Shown here in pieces: positions 27,803 through 39,393 of a DNA stretch of 64,000 nucleotides. The translations under genes and the position numbers were made by a program. Source of the stretch: Candidatus Thermosaccharophagus tengchongensis (GTDB lineage Bacteria > Armatimonadota > Fervidibacteria > Fervidibacterales > Thermosaccharophagaceae); NCBI GenBank assembly GCA_032161105.1, contig JAVHTD010000001.1. One strand, given 5' to 3'. Under the pieces are notes generated by a model. It ran no database searches. It had not been told where the DNA came from and was given only the letters and a program-made list of their open reading frames with translations. Within the stretch, counting starts at the first letter, position 1; each line of letters starts with the position of its first letter.

Positions 27803-28828
27803 TCAAGGCAGTATAAGCATTGCATCGCCGAAGGAGTAAAATCGGTATCGCTCGTTGATGGCGATTTGGTATGCACGCCGTGTAAGCTCAAGCCCGGCAA
27901 AGGACACAACTAAGACGAGGTTCGTTGAACGGGGCGTGTGGAAGTTCGTTATGATGGCGTCCACAACTTTGAACCTATATCCCGGAGTGATGTATAGCCT
28001 TGTCCAACCGACCAAAGGCTTTATGCGACCGCTATCATCACTGGCTGTTTCAAGCGTCCTAACTGTGGTTGTTCCGACAGCGATGATCCTGCAACCCCTT
28101 TCCTTTGCTTCGTTTATCACTCTTGCAGCATCTTCGCTGACTTCGCAATACTCCTCTCCCATCTCGTGTTGTTCAACCTCTTGCGAGGTGATCGGTTTGA
28201 AGGTTGCCCAACTCACATGGAGTGTCACTGCCGTCATCCTTACCCCGGCATCATGCAGGGCTTTAATCAGGCGTTCAGTGAAATGCAATCCGGCTGTGGG
28301 AGCTGCAACTGCGCCCGGCTTGCGGGCATAAATTGTCTGGTAGTCCTCTTCGTTGACCTCGCTCTTGATGTATGGCGGTGTGGGAACTTTTCCGCGCTCA
28401 TTGAGTGCATTCCAGAACTCCACGCCGGTTAAGTTGAATTGGAGCACCCTTGCGCCAGTCGGCTTGATATCAATAACCCTCGCCACAAACCCATCACCAA
28501 ACTCCAACTCAGTTTGCAACCTCACTTTCCTCGCTGGGCGCACGAAAGCTTCCCAAATGCCATCGTTGATTTCACGAAGGAGCAGCACTTCAACCCTTCC
28601 ACCAGTTGGCAGCCTCCGTCCATATAGGCGCGCCTTTATCACCTTTGTGTCATTGACTACGACGACATCGCCCTCATTGAGCAGCTCAACGAGTTCATAA
28701 AATCTTCGGTGCTCAATTTTGCCGCTGCCCTTATGGATCACCATCAACCTTGCGCAATCTCTCGGTTCAACAGGCGCTTGCGCTATGAGCTCTTCAGGGA
28801 GGTCAAACTCAAGAAGTTCTGTTCTCAT
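27803..28828 (-). CDS. queA: S-adenosylmethionine:tRNA ribosyltransferase-isomerase
   Basis: LPEELIAQ, NDTKVIKARL, AAPTAGLHFT, AVGTTTVRTLE, TNFH, YRFYSFGDAM. Confidence 0.97.
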   Translation of the reverse strand: MRTELLEFDLPEELIAQAPVEPRDCARLMVIHKGSGKIEHRRFYELVELLNEGDVVVVNDTKVIKARLYGRRLPTGGRVEVLLLREINDGIWEAFVRPARKVRLQTELEFGDGFVARVIDIKPTGARVLQFNLTGVEFWNALNERGKVPTPPYIKSEVNEEDYQTIYARKPGAVAAPTAGLHFTERLIKALHDAGVRMTAVTLHVSWATFKPITSQEVEQHEMGEEYCEVSEDAARVINEAKERGCRIIAVGTTTVRTLETASDDSGRIKPLVGWTRLYITPGYRFKVVDAIITNFHTPRSTNLVLVVSFAGLELTRRAYQIAINERYRFYSFGDAMLILP

Positions 28829-29046
28829 GGCACTGTGCCCTTGTCATTGATTGCTTGATGCGAAAGTGCCGCACGCCGATGCGCAGCCGCATCTTCGCCC
28901 ATTCATAGTGGCAAGTGGAGCGCACCGCTACTTACCCAGTTGACTTATAAACTCGCCTTCATTTCGCCACCTTATAAAGTATGGTGCGACATGCCAAAGA
29001 TGTGAGTTGATGACCCTGCAGCAATGCTGGCTGCTTATCAGCGTCG

Positions 29047-29075
29047 TTTCAAACCCCCGATGGCTTCAGTATAAT
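29047..29075 (+). promoter_or_regulatory. Putative sigma70 promoter of the atp operon
   Basis: TTTCAA-N17-TATAAT about 120 nt upstream of the first atp-operon gene. Confidence 0.5.
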
Positions 29076-29194
29076 GTTTTGGGGTTGCAGCCGCGAGCTT
29101 GTTGCCTCAGCTGCTGTTTGGTAGCCATCAACATGCAATCCCGATCGCATGGTTTTTGGTGTCATGTGGGGTTCGCAAAGTGGTGGCAGTCACT

Positions 29195-29437
29195 ATGAAT
29201 TTTCCGGATGACGACAAGCAACGGAGCGAGAGGGAAAAGAGACAGCGCGATGCAATCATAGTTGGCGGTGCTGGGAGCATGTTTGTTGGTGCCGTCGTTT
29301 TTGGCTGGTTGGTCGGCAACTGGATTGATAGCAAGTTCAACCTCAATGGCATAGGTGTTGCAATTGGCATACTTGTGGGGTTTGCTGCTGGTGCGTATGA
29401 AGTGTTGCGGACTCTATCAAAGCTTGGGCGTGATTGA
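29195..29437 (+). CDS. AtpZ/AtpI-family small membrane protein
   Basis: GWLVGNWIDSKF...GILVGFAAG; first gene of the atp operon. Confidence 0.8.
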   Translation: MNFPDDDKQRSEREKRQRDAIIVGGAGSMFVGAVVFGWLVGNWIDSKFNLNGIGVAIGILVGFAAGAYEVLRTLSKLGRD

Positions 29438-29925
29438 GCCGGCATCCATCAAATGCAAATCAGGGTGAAGCCACCGTGATGAATTTGCAAAGCCGTCTCA
29501 TGAGGAGTGTATGCTACACAGCCATCATCTTTGGTGCCTTGCTCTTTCTCCCGCTGTGCGAATTTCAGAACTGGTGGTTGCTGTTGAATTATTGCATCGG
29601 ACTGCTTATTGGCATGCTCTTTACCTATGTTACAGGAATGCAGGTCACCGAGTCAATCTTCAAATGCGGCTCAAAGTGGAGCGTGTGGTTCATCGCATTC
29701 CTCACAGTCGCAAAGTATGCCCTGCTCATCTTCGCACTTTACATGCTCGCAAGATACGATGTCATGAACCCGATCGGGTTGCTTATAGGACTTTCCGTAG
29801 CCCCGACGGTGCTTGTGCTCAAACTCATCGGGCAGAGCTATGTTGAGGGTGGGCGAAAGGCGGTTGCTTGCGATCATGCGGATCACAATGCAGCAGTGAA
29901 AATGGGTGGTGCAGATGAGGCATGA
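29434..29925 (+). CDS. atpI: ATP synthase protein I-like
   Basis: Four hydrophobic segments; lies directly before atpB; start may be 29479. Confidence 0.65.
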   Translation: MSRHPSNANQGEATVMNLQSRLMRSVCYTAIIFGALLFLPLCEFQNWWLLLNYCIGLLIGMLFTYVTGMQVTESIFKCGSKWSVWFIAFLTVAKYALLIFALYMLARYDVMNPIGLLIGLSVAPTVLVLKLIGQSYVEGGRKAVACDHADHNAAVKMGGADEA

Positions 29926-30737
29926 GTGGGGTTGAACTTGCGCACGGTGCAAATCAAACTTCAATTGCGCCGCCTGAGGAAACTTGGTTTCACTTTGTCT
30001 GGTTGCTTACAAAAGACACCCGCTTTCCGATACCAGATTGGCTCTTTCTATGTTGGCTCGTCATTGGCGGGCTCGTTGTCTGGGCGTGGTGGACAAAGCG
30101 CAATTTGAAGCCGATCAGCACATCAGCCAACCAGACTGTAGCGGAGTGGTTCGTTGAAGCCATTGATGGATTGGCAGTCTCTGCCATCGGAGAGAGGGGG
30201 AGAGCGTATACGCCGCTCATTGGGACGCTCTTCATCTACATCCTTACGCTCAATTTGATTGGGTTGCTTCCCGGCTTCATGTCACCGACATCTCACCCTT
30301 ATGTGACTATTGGGCTGGCAATTGCTGCCATTGCCAGCGTCCATTTCATCGCGGTCAAGGAACTGGGCATCAAGGGTTACCTGATGCATTACATTGACAA
30401 GCCATTGCTCGGCAACCCGCTTACAGCGTGGATGGTTCCGGTGACGATTTGCATTCACATCGTCAGCGAGTTCGCAAAGGTGATATCGCTGTCAATGCGT
30501 TTGTTCGGAAACATATTTGGTGAAGATGTTGTGCTGTATCAGTTTGCACTCCTCGGCTTAGCTGCCTATGGATTCTTCAGGGGGCTAATTGGATTGCCAC
30601 CGCCGTTCCAAATGTTGTTCCCGTTCCAATTGCCCGTAGCCTTGCTTCACCTGCTCATCGGTGTAGTGCAGGCATTCGTGTTCTCGCTTTTGACAGCAGT
30701 CTATATTGGGATGTTCTTGCAGCATGAGGAGGATTAG
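29922..30737 (+). CDS. atpB: ATP synthase Fo subunit a
   Basis: NLIGLLPG, SLSMRLFGNIFG, VQAFVFSLLTAVYI. Confidence 0.95.
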   Translation: MSGVELAHGANQTSIAPPEETWFHFVWLLTKDTRFPIPDWLFLCWLVIGGLVVWAWWTKRNLKPISTSANQTVAEWFVEAIDGLAVSAIGERGRAYTPLIGTLFIYILTLNLIGLLPGFMSPTSHPYVTIGLAIAAIASVHFIAVKELGIKGYLMHYIDKPLLGNPLTAWMVPVTICIHIVSEFAKVISLSMRLFGNIFGEDVVLYQFALLGLAAYGFFRGLIGLPPPFQMLFPFQLPVALLHLLIGVVQAFVFSLLTAVYIGMFLQHEED

Positions 30738-30763
30738 AAGATGCTTGGCGGAGGTGAGGATTG

Positions 30764-31018
30764 ATGGAGGGCAATGCGGCGTTGTATATGAGCATATTCG
30801 GGGCTGCTGTGGCTATAGGCTTGCCATTGGCTGTGGTGTTTGCGGCGCATGCGCAGGCTCGAGCATCCATTGCAGCATCGGAGGCTGTCGCGAGGCAACC
30901 GGAAGCTGCAGGGCATGTCTGGCGTTTCCTAATACTCACGCTTGTGCTGATTGAGTCTCTCGTCATTTACGCGCTTGTTGCCTTCTTCATCCTTCAAGCG
31001 AAGATCAGGTTGCCGTAA
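30764..31018 (+). CDS. atpE: ATP synthase Fo subunit c
   Basis: ARQPE loop; IESLVIY with the ion-binding Glu. Confidence 0.95.
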   Translation: MEGNAALYMSIFGAAVAIGLPLAVVFAAHAQARASIAASEAVARQPEAAGHVWRFLILTLVLIESLVIYALVAFFILQAKIRLP

Positions 31019-31125
31019 GCCTTTGGTGCAGGGTCGCACGGGACGGCTTGCGGCAGCATCAACTGCAATTACGGGTTAGCCGTTGGCGATGCGGCTCATC
31101 AATCTCAAACTCGTCTGTGAGGTGT

Positions 31126-31686
31126 ATGGGTGTGGAGCAGTTTAATCCGCTCAATGTGCTCAGCGAGATGCATCTCAATTGGGGCTACATACTGACTCAG
31201 GTTGGCAGCTTCCTGATATTGCTCTTCCTGATGACGAAGTTCCTGTTCAAGCCGATACAGAGCTTGCTTGACGAGCGCCGTGAGCGAATAAGGAGGGAAA
31301 TAGAGGGAGCTGAGAGGGAGCGCCGAGAGGTTGAGCGGTTGCGGAGCGAGTATGAGCAGCACTTGGCTCACATTGAGGATGAGGCGAGAAGGCGCGTCCA
31401 AGAGGCAATGCAAGAGGCGTATGCGGCAAGGGATGAGTTGCTTGCGCAAGCGCGAACCGATGCCCAAAAGATGCTTGAACGGGTGCGCCGCGAGCTTGAA
31501 TATGAGCGAGAGAAGATGCTGATTGAGTTGCGTGATTTCATCGCCGACATATCCGTTGCTGTAGCCAGCAAGGTGCTTAAAGGCATCTTGGACATTGATG
31601 CACATCGCCAACTTATAGCTCAAATCCTTGAGGAAGAGTTGCCGAAGGGGGATACATCAGGTAATGGCAATAGGGGGCATAGCTAA
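31126..31686 (+). CDS. atpF: ATP synthase Fo subunit b
   Basis: N-terminal TM, FLFKPI..LDERRERI, charged coiled coil. Confidence 0.93.
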   Translation: MGVEQFNPLNVLSEMHLNWGYILTQVGSFLILLFLMTKFLFKPIQSLLDERRERIRREIEGAERERREVERLRSEYEQHLAHIEDEARRRVQEAMQEAYAARDELLAQARTDAQKMLERVRRELEYEREKMLIELRDFIADISVAVASKVLKGILDIDAHRQLIAQILEEELPKGDTSGNGNRGHS

Positions 31687-32245
31687 GCGGTATGCGAAGG
31701 CATTGTTTGAGGTGGCAAAGGAGCATGGCATAGTGGAGGAAGTAGAGCATGACCTCTATTCCGTCTGGGCATTGCTTCAGAGCGAAAAGGATTTGCTCAA
31801 ACTGCTCTCACACCCAATGATACCGATGAGCGTGAAGGTTAAGCTGCTGCATCGTTATCTTGAGGGGGGCATTGGCGAACTCGTCATGAACTTCACTGAG
31901 CTTTTGCTGCGCAGGGGAAGGATTGGTCAGATTGGACAGATTGTCCCCATATTCAGGGAGCTCGCCGATGAGTGGAGGGGCGTGCTCCATGTTGAGGTGA
32001 AAAGCGCTATTGAGCTGACAGATGAAGAGCTTGATCGGATAAGGGAATGGGCAAGCCGCTTGTGGAAGAAGCGCATCATCATTCATGCGCGTGTGGATGA
32101 AGACATCATTGGTGGAGTCACGATAAAGGTGGGCGACAAGCTGCTTGACTTGAGCATCAAAGGAGCCCTTGATGGCATCACATCGTATTTGAAGCAGCTC
32201 CCTGTGATTGTGGATCAACGCCGATGGCGTGAGGCGAGCTCATAG
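31664..32245 (+). CDS. atpH: ATP synthase F1 subunit delta
   Basis: AKRYAKALF, IIGGV.IKVGD.LLDLSI. Confidence 0.93.
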   Translation: MAIGGIAKRYAKALFEVAKEHGIVEEVEHDLYSVWALLQSEKDLLKLLSHPMIPMSVKVKLLHRYLEGGIGELVMNFTELLLRRGRIGQIGQIVPIFRELADEWRGVLHVEVKSAIELTDEELDRIREWASRLWKKRIIIHARVDEDIIGGVTIKVGDKLLDLSIKGALDGITSYLKQLPVIVDQRRWREASS

Positions 32246-32269
32246 CCATGTGAAGGGAGTGATGCAGCA

Positions 32270-33847
32270 GTGGTAATGCGTTCCGAGGAATTGACGAGCG
32301 TTCTCATGCATGAGCTTCAGCGATATGAGAGGAAGATAGAGCTTGTAGATGTTGGCTATGTGATTGAGGTTGGCGATGGCATAGCCAGAGCATATGGTCT
32401 TGAGGGGGCTATGGCTGGTGAGCTCTTGCTCTTCCCTGAGGCGACGAAGAAGCTTGGGCGCGAGTTCTTCGGATTGGCATTTAGCTTGGAGGTGGACAGC
32501 GTTGGAATTGTCTTGCTTGGTCCTGACAGGTTGGTGAGTGAGGGCGATGAGGTGCGTTGCACTGGGCGAATACTTGAAGTGCCAGTTGGGATGGAGTTGC
32601 TTGGGCGAGTCGTGAATGCGCTCGGACAGCCAATTGATGACCTCGGTCCGATACCCTATAAGCAGACAAGGAGGGTTGAGTTAAAAGCCCCCGGCGTGGT
32701 CAAGCGCAAGCCAGTTTGTGAACCGCTAATGACGGGCATCAAAGCCATTGACTCAATGATTCCAATCGGGAGGGGACAGCGAGAGCTCATCATCGGCGAT
32801 AGGCAGACTGGCAAGACTGCCATCGCAATTGACACCATCATCAACCAGAAGAACGCTGAGCCTCCAGTGTATTGCATTTATGTCGCCATCGGGCAAAAGC
32901 AGAGCACAGTCAAGCAAGTCGTTGAGACGCTCAAAAAATACGGTGCGATGGAATACACGATAGTCGTGAGCGCGCCTGCAAGTGAGCCCGCTCCAATGCA
33001 ATACATCGCAGCCTATTCTGGGTGCGCTATGGGTGAATACTTCAGGGACAATGGGATGCACGCTTTGATCGTCTATGATGACCTCACAAAGCACGCCCAT
33101 GCGTATAGGCAAGTTTCACTTCTCCTTCGCCGCCCGGCGGGGCGTGAGGCATATCCCGGCGACATATTCAACTTGCATTCACGCCTTCTTGAGCGTGCTG
33201 CAAAGCTGAATGACGAGCTTGGTGGCGGTTCACTCACGGCGCTTCCAATTGTTGAGACTCAGCTCGGTGACTATTCCGCATACATCCCGACGAATGTCAT
33301 TTCAATCACCGATGGTCAAATTTACCTTGAGCCGGATTTGTTTTACGCTGGCATTCGTCCGGCGATAAATGTTGGCTTGTCGGTTTCAAGGGTTGGCGGT
33401 GCTGCGCGCACATCAGCGATGAACAAGGTGGCAAAGCAGCTCAAGCTTGACATGGCACGCTACTTTGAGCTGCAGGCGTTTGCTCAGTTTGCAACCGAAC
33501 TTGACGAGGCTACGAGGAGGGAGCTAATAAGGGGCGAAAGGCTTGTTGAGTTGCTCAAGCAGGAGCAATACAATCCGATGTCACTCAGCCACCAAGTGCT
33601 TGCTATATTCATCGGGATAAACGGATACCTTGATGACCTGCCAGTTGAGGCGGTCAGGGAATTTGAGAGGGGCTTCCTTGAATTCGTTAACCATCGCTAT
33701 CCGGAGATTGTGCATGAGATTGAGAAGACAAAGGACTTCAGTGAAGCCACCGAAAAGAAGATGCACAAGGCAGCGCAGGAGTTTAAAGCTGCATTCGTTG
33801 CAAGGCTTGAAGGAAGGGCAGAAGGAGAGATGAGCGTTGCTGCATAA
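32270..33847 (+). CDS. atpA: ATP synthase F1 subunit alpha
   Basis: [35 protein letters not shown]. Confidence 0.98.
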   Translation: MVMRSEELTSVLMHELQRYERKIELVDVGYVIEVGDGIARAYGLEGAMAGELLLFPEATKKLGREFFGLAFSLEVDSVGIVLLGPDRLVSEGDEVRCTGRILEVPVGMELLGRVVNALGQPIDDLGPIPYKQTRRVELKAPGVVKRKPVCEPLMTGIKAIDSMIPIGRGQRELIIGDRQTGKTAIAIDTIINQKNAEPPVYCIYVAIGQKQSTVKQVVETLKKYGAMEYTIVVSAPASEPAPMQYIAAYSGCAMGEYFRDNGMHALIVYDDLTKHAHAYRQVSLLLRRPAGREAYPGDIFNLHSRLLERAAKLNDELGGGSLTALPIVETQLGDYSAYIPTNVISITDGQIYLEPDLFYAGIRPAINVGLSVSRVGGAARTSAMNKVAKQLKLDMARYFELQAFAQFATELDEATRRELIRGERLVELLKQEQYNPMSLSHQVLAIFIGINGYLDDLPVEAVREFERGFLEFVNHRYPEIVHEIEKTKDFSEATEKKMHKAAQEFKAAFVARLEGRAEGEMSVAA

Positions 33848-33866
33848 GCGGTGATGGCGGTGAAAT

Positions 33867-34745
33867 TTGAACATGCAGAGCTTGAGGTTACTCAGGCAGA
33901 AGATAAAGGCAGTCAGGAACATAAGGCAAATAACGCAAGCCATGAAGATGGTTGCTGCGGCGAGACTGAAACGGCTGCAGGATAGGGCATTAGCGGGAAT
34001 GTCGTATGCAGCTGGCTTACAAAGGATCGCTGAGGCAATTGCGCCTTACATACCTCAAGCGAAACACCCCATGTTGAGGGCTAATGGGAATGGCGCCGTT
34101 GGGCTTGTGGTCGTCACCGGAGATAGGGGGCTGTGCGGGGCTTACAACTCCAATGTCATAAGAGAGGCAACAGAGTTTTGGAGCGAACTCAACTCCGTCG
34201 GGAAAGCTGTTAGCCTGTATTGCGTTGGGCGTAAGGGGGCTACATACTTTGTGAAGCACAATTTTGATGTGAGGGCTTCCGTGCCACAGATATCCATCAG
34301 GCAACCTTATGAGGATGCCAAGCAGATTAGCGGCGACTTAATGGGTTGGTATTTGAGCGGCGAGATATGTGAGCTGCATTTCATTTACACCGGCTTGGTG
34401 GGCACAACCTCATTCAAAGTGAAGCGCAGGAAGGTTCTACCGATTGAAGCCGAAGCGACGGCTCGCGGTGAAGCTGTTGAGTATATCTTTGAGCCATCTG
34501 TTGAGAAGCTGCTCGATGCGCTCCTTCCGAAGCATTTTGAAGTCCAAGTTTACCAAATGCTGCTTGAGGCGCTCACATGTGAACAGCTTGCAAGGGTGCA
34601 GGCGATGACTGCAGCCTCTGACAACGCGACCGAGATGCTTGAGAGGTTGACGATTGAACTCAACAAAGCGCGCCAGTGGAGCATAACCAAGGAGCTGTTA
34701 GAAATAACGGCAGCGGCGGAGGCGTTGAGGCGCTACCAAAGGTGA
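33867..34745 (+). CDS. atpG: ATP synthase F1 subunit gamma
   Basis: QITQAMKMVAAA, DRGLCGAYN, AMTAASDNA, NKARQ.SIT.EL. Confidence 0.97.
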   Translation: MNMQSLRLLRQKIKAVRNIRQITQAMKMVAAARLKRLQDRALAGMSYAAGLQRIAEAIAPYIPQAKHPMLRANGNGAVGLVVVTGDRGLCGAYNSNVIREATEFWSELNSVGKAVSLYCVGRKGATYFVKHNFDVRASVPQISIRQPYEDAKQISGDLMGWYLSGEICELHFIYTGLVGTTSFKVKRRKVLPIEAEATARGEAVEYIFEPSVEKLLDALLPKHFEVQVYQMLLEALTCEQLARVQAMTAASDNATEMLERLTIELNKARQWSITKELLEITAAAEALRRYQR

Positions 34746-34764
34746 AGCGAATAAAAGGTGGTGA

Positions 34765-36186
<1,422 letters not shown>

Positions 36187-36189
36187 GCG

Positions 36190-36618
36190 ATGCAAGAGAG
36201 GAGCTTTCATGTTGAGGTCATCTCGCCACAGCGCTTAGTCTATCAATCGGATGATGTGGTCTCGCTCATTGCGCCCGGAGTTGAGGGCTATCTCGGCATC
36301 ATGGCATATCATGCACCGATCATAGTGCAGCTTGGCATCGGCGTCCTTACGCTGCGCCTTTCAAATGGTGATATTGTCCGCATAGCTGTGAGTGGTGGTT
36401 TCCTTGAAGCGAGTAATAATCGCGTTACAGTCATTTGCGACACGGCGGAGAGGGGTGACGAGATTGACATTGAGCGCGCAAGGAGGGCATATGAAAGGGC
36501 AGTGGAAAGGTTGCGCAAATATGATCGCTCAATAGACCGAGATAGAGCTCGCAGGGCTAAGGAGAGAGCTATTGCACGGCTGCGCGCAGCCGGTGTGTAT
36601 AGCGAGCTGCAGACTTAA
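36190..36618 (+). CDS. atpC: ATP synthase F1 subunit epsilon
   Basis: PGVEGYLGIMAYHAP, VSGGFLE, IDIERA. Confidence 0.95.
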   Translation: MQERSFHVEVISPQRLVYQSDDVVSLIAPGVEGYLGIMAYHAPIIVQLGIGVLTLRLSNGDIVRIAVSGGFLEASNNRVTVICDTAERGDEIDIERARRAYERAVERLRKYDRSIDRDRARRAKERAIARLRAAGVYSELQT

Positions 36619-36800
36619 GAAGTTTGAGCTTGGCATGAGCGAATGCTCCGTCCCATTGCCTCAGCAATGCGATTTCAAATTTCAACTTCCCCATGCGCAA
36701 GTTAGCGCAAGATTTGTGCGAGTGATATGCTTGATTGACGGCTTTGCAAACGCAGCAGCGTCAATGCAACCATTCCAACACCTTACGAGGTGCAATTGCA

Positions 36801-38129
36801 ATGAAGCACTTGGTCGTGGAAGGCGGGTATAAGCTGAGCGGTGAGGTGAGGTTGAGCGGCAGCAAGAATGCGGCGTTAGCTATTCTGCCAGCTGCTCTCC
36901 TGTGTGATGGCGAATGTGTGATTCACAATGTCCCCGATATAACTGACATACGGGTGATGATTGAGCTGATGAAGAGCGTCGGTGCAAGGTGCCAGTTTGA
37001 GAATGGGACAGTCATAGTAGATGCTTCCAACTTGTCCGTGGCGAGCCTGCCGGAGGATTTGGTCCGCAGCATAAGGGCATCCATCTACATGCTCGGTGCT
37101 CTCCTGCCGAGGGTGAAGGGGTTTCGGATGGCTCGCCCGGGTGGATGTAACCTCAACAGGCGCGTCAACTTCCACATTGATGCGCTGTCACGCATGGGGG
37201 TGACTATGGAGGTAGACCGCTCAGAGGAGTGGGTTTATGCGTATTGCGAGGATGGGAAGCTGCATGGCACGGAAATAGAGCTTGACCCAAGATGGCGCAG
37301 TGTCGGAACAACAGTCAACATCATGCTCGCTGCATCGCTGGCTGACGGAGTGACGGTCATTCACAATGCTGCGAGGGAGCCAGAAGTCGTTAATTGTGCT
37401 CTCTTCCTGAAGGCGATGGGGGCAAAGATTGAGGGCGAGGGGACGCCGACAATCGTAATTGAGGGAGTGCGTCACCTCCATGGGTGCGAATTCAGCGCCA
37501 TAAATGACCGAATTGAGGCGGGCACTTTTTTGGTTGCCGGGGCTATAACCAGGGGGAAGATAACAGTTGGACCGATACAAAGCGAATGGTTGACGCCGGT
37601 GTTGGAGAAGCTTGGGCAAGCCGGCGTGGAAGTTAAGGTGAAGGGGGAATGGCTACAGGTTGAATGCGATAAGCGTCCATGCGGCGTTTCATTGACGACC
37701 GAACCCTATCCCGGCTTCCCAACGGATTTGCAGCCGCCATTCGTTTCGCTCCTCTCGGTTGCCGATGGGAAAAGCATCGTCACAGAAACGATACACGAGG
37801 GCAGGTTGAGATACTGCAGCGAGCTAAATCGCATGGGTGCACAAATTGAGGTAAAGGAACCGGAGATAACGCGTGATGGTGAGTTGCGTCTTCCGGCAGT
37901 TGCGATAATAGAGGGGGTTGAAGCGCTGCATGGCGCCGAAGTTTATGCGTGTGACTTGCGTGCTGGTGCGGCATTGGTGCTTGCTGGGTTAGCTGCTGAG
38001 GGTGAGACTGTCATACAGAATGCCGAGGTTGTGGAGAGAGGCTATGAGCGCTTTGCGGAAAAGCTCGGTTCGCTCGGCGCGAAAGTGAAGATGCTCTGCG
38101 AAGCTGAGGCACCGTTGCGCGCGAGGTAA
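36801..38129 (+). CDS. murA: UDP-N-acetylglucosamine 1-carboxyvinyltransferase
   Basis: SGSKNAAL, PGGC (catalytic Cys), AAREPE, DRIEAGT, PGFPTDLQ, DLRAGAAL. Confidence 0.96.
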   Translation: MKHLVVEGGYKLSGEVRLSGSKNAALAILPAALLCDGECVIHNVPDITDIRVMIELMKSVGARCQFENGTVIVDASNLSVASLPEDLVRSIRASIYMLGALLPRVKGFRMARPGGCNLNRRVNFHIDALSRMGVTMEVDRSEEWVYAYCEDGKLHGTEIELDPRWRSVGTTVNIMLAASLADGVTVIHNAAREPEVVNCALFLKAMGAKIEGEGTPTIVIEGVRHLHGCEFSAINDRIEAGTFLVAGAITRGKITVGPIQSEWLTPVLEKLGQAGVEVKVKGEWLQVECDKRPCGVSLTTEPYPGFPTDLQPPFVSLLSVADGKSIVTETIHEGRLRYCSELNRMGAQIEVKEPEITRDGELRLPAVAIIEGVEALHGAEVYACDLRAGAALVLAGLAAEGETVIQNAEVVERGYERFAEKLGSLGAKVKMLCEAEAPLRAR

Positions 38130-38137
38130 CGGAACGC

Positions 38138-39133
38138 ATGTTTGGTGTTAGAGGCATCGGAATTGATTTGGGCACAGCCAATGTGCTTGTTTATGTGAAA
38201 GGTCGTGGAATCGTAATACGGGAGCCATCCGTCGTTGCCACGGAGCGGAAGACCGGAAAGCTCCTTGCCGTTGGTGAAGAGGCAAGGAGGATGATAGGGC
38301 GCACTCCGGGAAACATAATCGCCCGCCAACCGCTCAGGGATGGAGTAATAGCCGAATACAATGTCACTCTCGCAATGCTCAGATACTTCATTCGGAAGGC
38401 TTGCGGCAAATGGCAGCTTACAAAGCCCGATGTGGTAATCTCGGTGCCATCAAATGTTAACAGCGTTGAGAGGAGGGCTGTTTTAGAGGCAGCAAAGGAA
38501 GCAGGTGCGAGGAGGGCGTTCACAATTGAAGAGCCAATGGCTGCAGCCATTGGCGCCGGATTGCCGATAAACGAACCCGGGGGGTGCATGGTGGTTGACA
38601 TCGGTGGAGGGACAACTGACATAGCCGTTATATCGCTCGGCGGAATTGTGGTGAGCGATTGCATTCGTGTGGGCGGCATGAAAATGGACGAGGCTATAAT
38701 GCGCTACATACGGCGCGAGTATAACCTCATGATAGGTGAGCAGACTGCCGAACAGATAAAGATCAAGATTGGCTCGGCATACAAGCTTCCCACCGAAATG
38801 GCTCTGGAGGTAAAAGGGCGAGACATGGTTGCCGGTTTGCCGAAGGTCGTGAGGGTGACATCGGAGGAGATACGGGAGGCACTTGCTGAGCCGGTTAATC
38901 AAATTGTGGAGAGAGTCAAGGGCGTGCTTGAAAAGACACCGCCTGAGTTGGCTGCCGACATAATCGTGCGCGGGATAACGCTGAGCGGTGGCGGGGCGCT
39001 GCTGCGCGGCATTGACAAGCTCATCCAAAATGAGACGGGCGTCCCAGTGCGTGTTGCAGATGACCCTTTGAGCTGCGTCGGTATAGGAACAGGATTGGCG
39101 CTTGATATGCTCAGCGTGCTCAAGTCGGAGTAA
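38138..39133 (+). CDS. mreB: Rod shape-determining protein MreB/Mbl
   Basis: IDLGTAN, EPSVVA, EEPMAAAIGAGL, DIGGGTT, GGGALL. Confidence 0.95.
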   Translation: MFGVRGIGIDLGTANVLVYVKGRGIVIREPSVVATERKTGKLLAVGEEARRMIGRTPGNIIARQPLRDGVIAEYNVTLAMLRYFIRKACGKWQLTKPDVVISVPSNVNSVERRAVLEAAKEAGARRAFTIEEPMAAAIGAGLPINEPGGCMVVDIGGGTTDIAVISLGGIVVSDCIRVGGMKMDEAIMRYIRREYNLMIGEQTAEQIKIKIGSAYKLPTEMALEVKGRDMVAGLPKVVRVTSEEIREALAEPVNQIVERVKGVLEKTPPELAADIIVRGITLSGGGALLRGIDKLIQNETGVPVRVADDPLSCVGIGTGLALDMLSVLKSE

Positions 39134-39264
39134 GGCAGTTAGCCTTTCGGCACAGCGAACTTAATGCCTCTATCTCCATCGTTGCCCTGACCCGCCATAC
39201 AAACGGCGTTTGTATCGCTTTGTATGGGCTCACTTTACATCCGTGGCGATGTGTGGCAAATTGA

Positions 39265-39289
39265 ATATGCTATCAATACGATAGACTTT
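39265..39289. promoter_or_regulatory. Putative Rrf2-family (IscR/CymR-like) operator upstream of iscS
   Basis: 25-bp imperfect palindrome ATATGCTATC-AATAC-GATAGACTTT overlapping a TTGAAT -35-like hexamer; the downstream cluster encodes an Rrf2 regulator. Confidence 0.45.
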
Positions 39290-39393
39290 TAGGATGATGA
39301 GGGGATGCGGCTTGTGGTTTGAGCATAACATAAGTTATTGGGATTGAGGGCGCTTGCACAATTCAGCTGCTTGAGATGGGGAGTGATTTTGTA

